A DNA stretch of 64,000 nt from Chitinophagales bacterium (GTDB taxonomy: Bacteria > Bacteroidota > Bacteroidia > Chitinophagales > JAHQVX01), in NCBI GenBank assembly GCA_965215685.1, contig OZ244113.1:2606256-2670255 (forward strand), read 5' to 3'. A program made the translations under genes and the position numbers. The notes under the pieces were generated by a model. That model had not been told where the DNA came from, ran no database searches, and saw only the letters and a list, made by a program, of their open reading frames with translations. How positions within the stretch are numbered: position 1 is the first letter of the stretch; each line of letters starts with the position of its first letter. Below, piece by piece: positions 1 to 9,137 of this stretch.

Positions 1-1203
1 TTTTTCGCCTGAAATTGTATTTTCAAGACACTTTCGCATCGAGTCAACCATAGCATCTACGGAATTGGCTTTAGCCAAATAACCATTTTTTCCTGCCTTT
101 ATTGTTTCGGGGAAATGACCCACAGGCGTAGCCAAAATAGGCTTGCCGAAATTATAACTCAGCGACTCTACACCTGACGGCGTGGCGTATTCATAAAATA
201 AAATAACAGCATCACTGACCTGAAAGTACTTATGGACATCTCCATTCGGAATAAAGGAATTGACAACCATAACTTTATCGGTTATACCCAACTTCTCAAT
301 GAGTTCAAGAGGCCGGTAATCCTTTTCGTCATCTTTTTTTCGAAGAAAAAGCTTTTTGGCAAAACCGAATAAGGCCGTTTTCACTTTAGTGATGAATTTC
401 TTCTTGTCCAATGTTTTCCAAAACGACTCGCCGCATATCAATAAGGATACATCATCTCGTTCCTCGGCCAGCTTTGCGAAAGCTTCAATGGCATTATGCA
501 GTCCTTTATACTTACGAATAAATCCGAAAAAGAGAAAAACATGTTCTTTCAGTTCATTCTCCTTTTTAAAGGCGGCTTTGTCAAATTGCTCGTTGGGCTT
601 AAAGAGGTCATAAACCGGATGATACAGTTTTATCACGTTGGTTTTACCGGCTTGTCGCTCACCGTTCGTGGTAATTGAAAAATCCTTTTTCGGGAGTAAT
701 TTTTTTAGCTCATCAACTGTTTTCTGAGCGTGGCAAACATAAGTATGAGCGTGCCTTATTCCTTTAAGGGTAAACCTTTTATCAAGTTTGCTGTTCTCTT
801 TCTGATCAACAAAATGCAAGTCAAATATCACTTCAATGTCTCCTGCCTTACTGAGTTTTTTTGCAATGTATCCTAGCGGCAAACCTTGAATGGCTATCGC
901 CCATTGAATGATCACCTTGGTTGGCTTTAATTCGAGAATGGTTTTTATCGTTTTATTCCATGTTAGTGGATTATTGTAATTTGTTACGTAGGTGACTTGA
1001 ATGTTTGTTCCTTCCAAAAAATCCGAAGTACTGCTTTTGTCAATAAATTCACGCGGTATAATGGCCGGATACTGCTGTGTCCACGAAACTATGTGTACTT
1101 CATGTCCGAGCGCATCAATGGCTTTAGCCAGGGATGTATTGTAATTTGAAATTCCGCCTTTGAACTTGGGTCCGGGACCAAAACAAACAATGCGCTCTTT
1201 CAT
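1..1203 (-). CDS. Glycosyltransferase, family 4-like (partial; C-terminus runs off the window start)
   Basis: Minus-strand ATG at 1203-1201. Continuous reading frame to position 1 (not in the ORF track because it is open-ended). GT4-like layout. Adjacent to and co-oriented with a sugar epimerase. Confidence 0.55.
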   Translation of the reverse strand, partial: MKERIVCFGPGPKFKGGISNYNTSLAKAIDALGHEVHIVSWTQQYPAIIPREFIDKSSTSDFLEGTNIQVTYVTNYNNPLTWNKTIKTILELKPTKVIIQWAIAIQGLPLGYIAKKLSKAGDIEVIFDLHFVDQKENSKLDKRFTLKGIRHAHTYVCHAQKTVDELKKLLPKKDFSITTNGERQAGKTNVIKLYHPVYDLFKPNEQFDKAAFKKENELKEHVFLFFGFIRKYKGLHNAIEAFAKLAEERDDVSLLICGESFWKTLDKKKFITKVKTALFGFAKKLFLRKKDDEKDYRPLELIEKLGITDKVMVVNSFIPNGDVHKYFQVSDAVILFYEYATPSGVESLSYNFGKPILATPVGHFPETIKAGKNGYLAKANSVDAMVDSMRKCLENTISGEK

Positions 1204-1209
1204 TTTTGT

Positions 1210-2247
1210 TTAGCCCTTCAGGTTTTTTACTGCCTTATCATACACTCTGCGCATACCTTCCCTGATAGATATTTTGGGCTCCCAGCCCAACTTTTCTTTT
1301 ACAAAACTCATATCACAGTAGCGCGCATGTACGCCAACCGGTTTATCCAACAGGCATTTGATCTCCGGATTATAACCGGCAAACTCGGTAAACAGGTCAA
1401 TGATCTCCAAAAAAGAAGTAAGCCGCCCCTGGCCGATGTTTATAGCACTTCCGTCTGAAATTTTATCCATAGCCAGTAAAGTGCAATCTAATACATCGTC
1501 AATATGTACAAAGTCGCGCCCTTGTTTTCCGGTTCCCCAAACTTCAAAAGGATCTTCTTTTTTGGCAGCCCGTTCGGCAATGGCCGGTATAGGGTAGGTG
1601 GTATCCTGGTCTTCGCCGTAACCCGAAAACGGCCTAATGCAGGTAATGTGAATACCGTAATGTTCCGCAGCAATCTTGGCCAAAAACTCGCCGGTTAACT
1701 TGCTCCATCCATAGGTCATATCTGGTTGGCCCATTTTTGCAAAATCAATATCGGTTTCCTTTAGAGCAACACTTCCTGTTTCGGCCTGTAGATCAATAGG
1801 ATAAGCCGCGCTGGAACTCGGGTAAAGCACTCGTTGGGGTCTAGCCTTACAGATCCAGTTAAAAAACTCGGCATCAATGGCAAGGTCTAAAGCTACCGAC
1901 ATGGGGTCGCCGTCAATTTTTGCCCGGCCACCAACAATGGCGGCAAAATGGAATACATCTTTAAAGTAGGAAACATCAACGTTATACACGTTTTTCAGGT
2001 AGGACGGTGATTCGTTTAATCCGGCCAAAACCTTTCTGAAGTCTGCTTCAATAAAGTAAACCTGATCATCGTAAACCGTAATATTTTCTTTTTGATCAAC
2101 CTTTTCAAACTGAAACCATTGGTTGGGATGTTTGCCCACCGACAGATCATCGACAACAAGAATTGGCGTTGAACCGGTTGCCTTCAATCGCTTAACCATG
2201 TTGCTTCCAACGAAACCACAACCTCCGGATACTAAATGAAATTCCAT
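1210..2247 (-). CDS. NAD-dependent epimerase/dehydratase (SDR superfamily)
   Basis: N-terminal GGCGFVGSN Rossmann motif. YGWSK (YxxxK) catalytic motif. 345 aa. Confidence 0.8.
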   Translation of the reverse strand: MEFHLVSGGCGFVGSNMVKRLKATGSTPILVVDDLSVGKHPNQWFQFEKVDQKENITVYDDQVYFIEADFRKVLAGLNESPSYLKNVYNVDVSYFKDVFHFAAIVGGRAKIDGDPMSVALDLAIDAEFFNWICKARPQRVLYPSSSAAYPIDLQAETGSVALKETDIDFAKMGQPDMTYGWSKLTGEFLAKIAAEHYGIHITCIRPFSGYGEDQDTTYPIPAIAERAAKKEDPFEVWGTGKQGRDFVHIDDVLDCTLLAMDKISDGSAINIGQGRLTSFLEIIDLFTEFAGYNPEIKCLLDKPVGVHARYCDMSFVKEKLGWEPKISIREGMRRVYDKAVKNLKG

Positions 2248-2520
2248 CTAAAAAATTGACCGCAAAGGTAAGGGTATTGGGAGTTTATATAGAAAATGCA
2301 ATTACCCGAGGCCTGAAGGCGGAGTTATCTCCGCCGTGTGTAGCACCGCAACCTACAAGCACTATTTTATTTTACCACGAATTTTATTTGGTTCAAGACT
2401 TTGTGGTATAAGCTCGCTTTGGCATGAGACTTCCACACTTCTAATAATCTACTCAATGCCCAAACGAATATTACGAATTACACGAATCGTTTTTCGCTTT
2501 GCGAAAATATTTCATATAAT

Positions 2521-3756
2521 TTACTTTCCTTCGGACGCCATTTTTACCTTGTTCTTTGAAAAGGTGAAAAGTCCGATGCCGAGCGGCAGCAGTGCCGATG
2601 CAAGCGTTAACCATAGGTAGTACCCCGGTATAAAGCCCAGTTGCACCCAAAGCATAATACCCTGAACAAACAGAAGTAGTTCGCTTAAGATGAAACCAGC
2701 AAGAAAAAAGTAAACGCCATTTTTTTTCAAACCGCGGTCTAAATTCAGTACGCCATACTCGTGCATACACCCCAATAAGAAAGTACTCAGGGCACCGAGC
2801 ATTAGCAGGTGTATGAAGCCGATCACAAAGTTGTGAATAGTGTAACTAATAGTGGCAAAGTAGGGTATGGCTACCAGGGTTTGTATCACAATTTTAATAA
2901 TAAGGCAGACCAAGGCAATAAGCCATAAATAATGTGTTCGGAGAGCTACCTGCTCCCGTACTTGCCCAAAGATTATACGCAAAGGCTTCACGAATACCAT
3001 AAGAGCGGCCAGTTGAAGTATCACTCCTATGCTGTTTACCCAAAATATGGCTTTATCAGGCGTACTCCAGGTAACGGCAAGGGCATACGTAAGCAGGCAG
3101 GAAATTACCAACAACCAGTAAAACCAATGGAGTGACCTGGATTTTATATGTACATTTTGCCGCTTTGCATGGTCGAAAAAGAGCGCAATAACTGCAAATA
3201 TGAACCAACCGTTAAATTGAAAGTGCAGAAAGAACTGAACGGCATTGTAGTACCATTTACTTCTGGCCAGCTCACTTTGCATCATTGGACCCAAAGCCCA
3301 TGTTGCCAGTGTAGATAAGAATAAAAAAAATAAAGCCGTTTTCACAAACCTCACCGAAAACCCCTTTCTGCCGCTTCGCTTTATATCTTTACAGATACGG
3401 TAAATAAAGACATAGCTAAGCAGTAAATGAGCTGTGGTAAACAAGATAGATGGTAAGGCATAACCGAAGAATGGAAAAGTTAGCAACATGCCTAAAACGC
3501 TCAGCTGAATCAACCAGAATAAAATGCTGTATGTCTTCGTCCACTTACCGAAAGCTTTAACTATGAAAATGTAAAGTGCTCCGAAAAGCCAACCCATCAT
3601 GGCAATATGAGAGTGGGCATGCAAAACATTTTTATACTTTAAAGGCAACTCAATAACAAAGGCCAGGCGTAATCCTGCTCCAAGAAGAGCCGCTATAAAG
3701 AAATTCAGCAGCACCACTTTTACATAGAGCCGCAATTTGACATTGGGTACAGACAA
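2521..3756 (-). CDS. Polytopic His-rich membrane protein, possibly NnrS-like (NO-response) and part of the nos neighbourhood
   Basis: 411 aa with about 12 predicted TM segments and conserved His clusters (HAHSHIAMMGW). Co-directional with the cytochrome c and Rrf2 genes upstream of nosZ. The family assignment is an inference. Confidence 0.45.
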   Translation of the reverse strand: MSVPNVKLRLYVKVVLLNFFIAALLGAGLRLAFVIELPLKYKNVLHAHSHIAMMGWLFGALYIFIVKAFGKWTKTYSILFWLIQLSVLGMLLTFPFFGYALPSILFTTAHLLLSYVFIYRICKDIKRSGRKGFSVRFVKTALFFLFLSTLATWALGPMMQSELARSKWYYNAVQFFLHFQFNGWFIFAVIALFFDHAKRQNVHIKSRSLHWFYWLLVISCLLTYALAVTWSTPDKAIFWVNSIGVILQLAALMVFVKPLRIIFGQVREQVALRTHYLWLIALVCLIIKIVIQTLVAIPYFATISYTIHNFVIGFIHLLMLGALSTFLLGCMHEYGVLNLDRGLKKNGVYFFLAGFILSELLLFVQGIMLWVQLGFIPGYYLWLTLASALLPLGIGLFTFSKNKVKMASEGK

Positions 3757-3949
3757 TAGAAAGTAGTTTTTTTATTTCTCGCAAAGTAGCCACGGCGCAA
3801 AGTTATTGTTACGTGCCTTTTGCATCCCGACTAATATGGGTAAGAAGTAATTACGAAATATCAAGGTACGCGGTACACACTACGCAGTACGAAATACTAT
3901 ATGCGAAATACCAATTACCAATTACTAGCTACTAATTACCAATTAAAAG

Positions 3950-4423
3950 CTACGCCCCCTTATCATTATCATACAAAAACTCGAGTATGTCACGTGCATC
4001 ACCTATAGACACATTCTGATTTGGCATACGGGTTAAACACTCTTCGAACAGCTTTTGAGCCACAGGGTCTTCATCTAACATAACATCTACATTTGTAATC
4101 ATGTTCATGATCCATTCAGGTTTACGTTTTTCGGTAATACCCGCAAAACCTGGTCCAACCACACGTTGGTCGCTTAACTTATGGCAGGCAGAACACTTCA
4201 TTTCATAGATTGCTTTACCCTTGCTCACCATATCCATATTTAGCGGATCGTTTAACGTTACTTGTTTGATCTCACCAACACCTTTACCATCATTGGTATC
4301 GACTTTTTTCTCAGTTTTGACTTCATTTTTATCAGAAGAAGAAGAGCCTTTGTCGGCTTTACCGCCACCACCGCAAGACCACAGGCCTAATGCGAGAAAC
4401 ATTAATATGATATTTACTTTCAT
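3950..4423 (-). CDS. c-type cytochrome lipoprotein (mono-haem), candidate electron donor to NosZ
   Basis: Lipobox LALGLWSCGGG. Single CSACH haem-binding motif. Low-complexity linker after the lipid anchor. Confidence 0.75.
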   Translation of the reverse strand: MKVNIILMFLALGLWSCGGGGKADKGSSSSDKNEVKTEKKVDTNDGKGVGEIKQVTLNDPLNMDMVSKGKAIYEMKCSACHKLSDQRVVGPGFAGITEKRKPEWIMNMITNVDVMLDEDPVAQKLFEECLTRMPNQNVSIGDARDILEFLYDNDKGA

Positions 4424-4438
4424 GGTTTATTGATTTAT

Positions 4439-4864
4439 TTATAGTTTAAGTCCTTGATTTAAAATTCTTTCGGCTGATTCGTTTATGGTTTCATTCTCCA
4501 ATAAATGTACAAGCCCATCTTTATATCTAATTACTTCGTGATGAAGCGTGCAGGGATTGTTTGAGCTACATTCGGGTAAACCGAGTACACATTGGCCAAA
4601 TATATCCGGCCCGTCAATACACTCTATTACTTCCAGCAAGCTGTTCTTTGTGTTACTTTCATTTAAAAAGAAACCACCGCTTGGCCCCTTTGAAGAAGAA
4701 ATGATCCTGTTACGCGAAAGTTGCTGCAATAGTTTAGCTAAAAAGTGCTTTGGTACGCTCAACTCTTCTGCAATGTCCTTTACCCCCAATTTGGTTTCTT
4801 CATTGGAATGTACGGCCAGGTATAATACGGCTCTTATGGCGTATCTACACGATTTGCTGAACAT
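4439..4864 (-). CDS. Rrf2 family transcriptional regulator (NsrR/IscR-like, Fe-S type)
   Basis: N-terminal wHTH (SCRYAIRAVLYLA). Three-Cys cluster (GQCVLGLPECSSNNPC) typical of Fe-S Rrf2 sensors. Divergent from nosZ. Confidence 0.8.
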   Translation of the reverse strand: MFSKSCRYAIRAVLYLAVHSNEETKLGVKDIAEELSVPKHFLAKLLQQLSRNRIISSSKGPSGGFFLNESNTKNSLLEVIECIDGPDIFGQCVLGLPECSSNNPCTLHHEVIRYKDGLVHLLENETINESAERILNQGLKL

Positions 4865-5024
4865 ACATTTTTCTTTGTTGAAACATGATGCAAATGTATA
4901 TGAAATTTTTTAAAAAAAGACAAAAAAGTCTTTTATTCCTAAACGTTTGTGGATTACCTTTGCACACAGGATAAAAAGACATTATTATCTTAATTAAATA
5001 CTAATGTATTAACAATAAATAACT

Positions 5025-7010
5025 ATGAAAAAATCAACCTTAACCAGTACAGTTACATTCCTGTTAGTTTGTTTCTTTATATCTGCTTTAACGGTAAGCT
5101 GCAACAACTCGGGCAATGGAAGTTCGGGAGGTGGAGCTTTAAGCGGAGATGCTGCGTCGGCAGTATATGTAGCACCCGGTGAACACGATGAGTTTTACGG
5201 CTTTATGTCCGGAGGCTTTAGCGGCCAAATTAGCGTTTACGGCCTTCCCAGCGGGCGCTTGCTAAAAGTGATACCTGTTTTTTCTCAAGACGCAGAAAAG
5301 GGTTATGGCTACAATGAAGAAACAAAGCCAATGCTTAACACATCTTTCGGATTTGTACCCTGGGATGATGCACACCACCCGGAGTTATCACAAACCGATG
5401 GTGAAACTGACGGACGTTGGATTTTTATTAACGGCAACAACACACCACGTGTGGCAAGGGTTGATCTAAGCACATTTGAAACTGCCGAGATCATTGAAAT
5501 ACCTAACAGCGGAGGTAACCACAGTTCACCTTTTACAACAGAAAATACCGAATACGTGGTGGCAGGCACCCGTTTTAGCGTGCCTTATCCGCAAAAGGAT
5601 GTTGCTATAAGCAGTTACCAGGAAAACTTTAAAGGCATGCTCACCTTTATTAAAGTAGGCGATGATGGTGAAATGAATATTGCTTTTCAGGTATTACTTC
5701 CTGCTTTTGACTATGACCTTGCCCACTCCGGTAAAGGTGATTCACACGGCTGGACATTCTTTACAACCTATAATACCGAGCAGTCACATACTCTTAAAGA
5801 AGTAAACGCTTCACAGAACGATAAGGATTTTATTGCCGCTATTAATTGGAAAAAAGCAGAGGAATATATTGCTGCCGGAAACTATGAAGAAATTCCTGCC
5901 AAGCACATGGTAAACCGATATAGTGATAAAACACACATGGCTACTTCTACCGAAGTGCCTACTGTTAAAGTGCTTAAGCCTGAAGATTGCCCGGGTTTGG
6001 TTTATTTCTTACCAACTCCTAAATCTCCTCACGGAGTAGATGTTGATCCAACCGGCGAATACATTGTAGGTAGTGGTAAACTTAGTGCCGACCTTACGGT
6101 TCACTCTTTCTCAAAAATGCTTACAGCTATTGAGAACGAAGCTTTTGAAACTACTATTGAAAGCGTTCCCGTACTTAAATATGATGAAGTTGTGGCCGGA
6201 GTGGTTGAAAAACCGGGCCTCGGACCTTTGCATACCGAGTTTGATAATAAAGGCAATGCCTACACAACGTTCTTCATTTCATCAGAAGTGGTTAAATGGA
6301 AAGTAGGAACCTGGGAAGTGCTTGACAGAGTACCTACTTACTACTCTGTAGGTCACTTAATGATACCTGGCGGCGACTCCAAAAAACCACAGGGTAAGTA
6401 CTTAGTGGCCTTGAATAAGATCACTAAAGACCGTTATCTGCCAACCGGCCCGGAAATGAACCATAGTGCGCAACTCTATGATATTAGTGGCGATAAAATG
6501 AAGTTGCTATCTGACTTTCCAACGGTTGGTGAACCTCACTACGCACAGGGTATTTCTGCTGATAGAATTAAGCCAAAGAGTAAGAAATTCTTCCCTATTG
6601 AAGAGAATGAACACCCTTACGCCGCTAAAGGCGAAGGAGAAACAAAAGTGGTTCGTAGTGGAAATACAGTGCATGTATATATGACATCTATAAGAAGTCA
6701 CTTTGCACCGGATAATATTGAAGGAATAAGAGTTGGCGATGAAGTTTATGTTCACTTAACCAACTTAGAACAAGATTTTGACGTACCGCACGGCCTGGCA
6801 ATACAAGGTGCCAGAAACTCAGAACTTTTGGTTATGCCGGGTCAAACCGAAACTATGTTGTGGAGGCCACAACGCGAGGGAGTTTATTCTTTCTACTGTA
6901 CCGATTTCTGTTCTGCACTTCACCAGGAAATGCAAGGTTATATTCGTGTTTCTCCAAGAGGAGCTAACACGCCTGTTAAATGGAGTGTAGGAGAGACTGA
7001 AGATGAATAG
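5025..7010 (+). CDS. nosZ: Nitrous-oxide reductase NosZ, clade II (Sec/lipoprotein signal)
   Basis: 661 aa. N-terminal Sec/lipoprotein-type signal with Cys and no twin-arginine. Multiple His ligands of the seven-bladed CuZ domain. C-terminal cupredoxin CuA motif CTDFCSALHQEMQGY. Confidence 0.95.
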   Translation: MKKSTLTSTVTFLLVCFFISALTVSCNNSGNGSSGGGALSGDAASAVYVAPGEHDEFYGFMSGGFSGQISVYGLPSGRLLKVIPVFSQDAEKGYGYNEETKPMLNTSFGFVPWDDAHHPELSQTDGETDGRWIFINGNNTPRVARVDLSTFETAEIIEIPNSGGNHSSPFTTENTEYVVAGTRFSVPYPQKDVAISSYQENFKGMLTFIKVGDDGEMNIAFQVLLPAFDYDLAHSGKGDSHGWTFFTTYNTEQSHTLKEVNASQNDKDFIAAINWKKAEEYIAAGNYEEIPAKHMVNRYSDKTHMATSTEVPTVKVLKPEDCPGLVYFLPTPKSPHGVDVDPTGEYIVGSGKLSADLTVHSFSKMLTAIENEAFETTIESVPVLKYDEVVAGVVEKPGLGPLHTEFDNKGNAYTTFFISSEVVKWKVGTWEVLDRVPTYYSVGHLMIPGGDSKKPQGKYLVALNKITKDRYLPTGPEMNHSAQLYDISGDKMKLLSDFPTVGEPHYAQGISADRIKPKSKKFFPIEENEHPYAAKGEGETKVVRSGNTVHVYMTSIRSHFAPDNIEGIRVGDEVYVHLTNLEQDFDVPHGLAIQGARNSELLVMPGQTETMLWRPQREGVYSFYCTDFCSALHQEMQGYIRVSPRGANTPVKWSVGETEDE

Positions 7011-7130
7011 AGTGTCTTCATGTCGTGTTCAATCTCCGGTGTTATAGCCGGAGATTGTTTTATTTCTTAAAAAATATTTAATGTTGTGGCATGTATGGCC
7101 ATGGCATTTTTTAAAAACCTGTAATAATAG

Positions 7131-7790
7131 ATGAAAACATTAAATTTTGAACAATTAAAAGTTGCTGAAGTAGTTGCCGAGAACCTTAAAGCAGCACATG
7201 TTTTTAAAAAACATGGCATTGACTTTTGCTGCGGTGGTGGAATCACCCTTGCCAAAGCCTGTGAGAAGAACAAGGTGAATGCCGATGAATTAAAACGTGA
7301 ATTATTAAACCTTGATGCATCTGATACAAGTGGATTGGATTTTACTTCCATGGCCTCGAAGGACCTGGTTGAACATATTGTAAACACACACCACAACTAC
7401 GTCAGGGAGTCAATTCCGGTTATAACTGCTTACGCCGAAAAGGTGGCAAAAGTACACGGGCAGCACAACCCCGAATTACTGCAAATACGCGACAGGTTTA
7501 AAAAATTCGGTGAGGAATTGCTAGATCATTTGAAGGGCGAAGAAGAACAATTATTCCCTAAAATTGAGAAAGGAGAATCATTAAATACCGAGGAATTTAT
7601 AGATGAACATGAAGATGCCAGTCAAAATCTCCTGGCCCTGCGAAAACTCACCAACGATTTCACACCACCCGAACACGCATGCAATACCTACCGTGCCTTG
7701 TTTGATAAATTAGAAGAATTTGAAGACGATTTGCACGTGCATATTCACTTAGAAAACAACATTCTGTTTAAAAAGGGTAAAGAAAGCTAA
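7131..7790 (+). CDS. RIC/ScdA/YtfE-type di-iron protein (repair of iron centres)
   Basis: N-terminal ScdA_N motif (HGIDFCCGG). C-terminal hemerythrin-like His/Glu-rich domain. Confidence 0.75.
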   Translation: MKTLNFEQLKVAEVVAENLKAAHVFKKHGIDFCCGGGITLAKACEKNKVNADELKRELLNLDASDTSGLDFTSMASKDLVEHIVNTHHNYVRESIPVITAYAEKVAKVHGQHNPELLQIRDRFKKFGEELLDHLKGEEEQLFPKIEKGESLNTEEFIDEHEDASQNLLALRKLTNDFTPPEHACNTYRALFDKLEEFEDDLHVHIHLENNILFKKGKES

Positions 7791-7842
7791 GATAGTTAGT
7801 GCTAAGAACCAATGCCATTGACTACTGACCATTGACCATTCC

Positions 7843-8424
7843 ATGAAAAAACACCAAATATTACTCATTCTGGCCGGACTATTATTGTTGATCCTTTGGG
7901 TTGTACCTATGTGGAAGATAAACTTACAGGCACCTCAATACCCCGATGGGGTTGAAATGCACATCCACATTAACAAGATTGGCGGCAGTGAGCCTGGTAC
8001 ACTTCAGAACATTAACATACTGAACCACTATGTAGGCATGAAAGAGATAAAGCCTGAAAGCATTCCGGAGCTGAAAATCTTTCCATGGGTAATTATGGGC
8101 TTTATAGCTTTGGCTATTATTTGTGCTTTAATTAATAAGCGTTGGTCTTTCATTTTTTGGCCTTTGTTGTACCTGGCGGCCATCATATTTGGTATGTACG
8201 ACTTCTATCTATGGGAATTTGATTATGGCCATAACTTAGATCCCAACGCTATTATGAAATTCGATGTGGATTCTTATCAGCCACCCCTTATCGGCACTAA
8301 AAAGTTATTGAATTTTACGGCAAGTTCGTATCCGCATTGGGGAGGTTGGGCCATGATAGTTTCGTTAGCTCTTGCTGTGTGGGCTGCCGTTGTAAAATTT
8401 AAACGTACGAAGCATGGAGCTTAA
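7843..8424 (+). CDS. Small integral membrane protein, NosB-like accessory of clade II nos clusters (tentative)
   Basis: 193 aa with about 4 TM helices. Sits between nosZ/RIC and nosL. Overlaps nosL by 11 nt. Confidence 0.45.
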   Translation: MKKHQILLILAGLLLLILWVVPMWKINLQAPQYPDGVEMHIHINKIGGSEPGTLQNINILNHYVGMKEIKPESIPELKIFPWVIMGFIALAIICALINKRWSFIFWPLLYLAAIIFGMYDFYLWEFDYGHNLDPNAIMKFDVDSYQPPLIGTKKLLNFTASSYPHWGGWAMIVSLALAVWAAVVKFKRTKHGA

Positions 8425-8857
8425 TAAGGCTATTCTCATTTGCATGGCATTTCTATTTGCTTCCTGCGGTGTTAAGCCCAAACCTATCAACTACAACGAG
8501 GACCAGTGCCATGCCTGTAAAATGATAATAAGTGACAGTCGTTTTGGTGCAGAGTTGGTGACTAAAAAGGGAAAAATATACAAGTACGACGCTATAGAGT
8601 GCATGGTACCGGTAATAAGATCAAACAGCGAGGATGATTATGCGTATATTATGGTTACTGATTTCCATAAACCCGGCAAGCTGATCGATGCCACATCGGC
8701 AACCTATCTGCAAAGCGAAAATTTACCCAGCCCTATGGGCGGATGTTTAAGCGCGTACAAAGATCCTGTGGCCGGAGTAAAAGCAGAAGTGGAATTTAGT
8801 GGTGAGGTTTATAAATGGAACGAATTGAAGGAAAGTGTTAAGATGCAGTATCCATGA
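8414..8857 (+). CDS. nosL: NosL copper-chaperone lipoprotein
   Basis: Lipoprotein signal LFASCGV. About 150 aa with Cys/Met-containing motif (HACKMI). Positioned within the nos cluster. Confidence 0.7.
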   Translation: MELNKAILICMAFLFASCGVKPKPINYNEDQCHACKMIISDSRFGAELVTKKGKIYKYDAIECMVPVIRSNSEDDYAYIMVTDFHKPGKLIDATSATYLQSENLPSPMGGCLSAYKDPVAGVKAEVEFSGEVYKWNELKESVKMQYP

Positions 8858-8867
8858 TAGAGAATTA

Positions 8868-9137
8868 TCATACCACAATGGAGTTTTGTTTTTTAACCAA
8901 TGAATGGAGGAACTCCGGTGCAAAATCAGCTCCGTTCTTCCACTCAATAGTCCATCTGTTCAATCGAAAAGCCTTGAATTCTGCCTCGTTCAACAAAGGT
9001 TTAAAAACAGGTCCATGAAGGTGATCCTGCAGATCTACAGACCCTTTCAGACCATCATTAAAGGTAAGCGAAAGTTTAAACTCGCCTATATATTTGACTT
9101 CCGTTACTTTTAATAACATTTTAAATAAGTGGTTCAA
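8868..9137 (-). CDS. DUF2442 family protein
   Basis: 89 aa, matching the size and family profile of DUF2442. Immediately downstream of a DUF4160 gene on the same strand, which is the usual pairing. Confidence 0.6.
   Translation of the reverse strand: MNHLFKMLLKVTEVKYIGEFKLSLTFNDGLKGSVDLQDHLHGPVFKPLLNEAEFKAFRLNRWTIEWKNGADFAPEFLHSLVKKQNSIVV

Noticed and set aside
2300-2330. Hairpin GGCGGAG-TTAT-CTCCGCC as an intrinsic terminator
   Set aside because: A perfect 7-bp stem, but no U-run follows on either strand, so terminator function is not supported. It may still be a structural or REP-like element.
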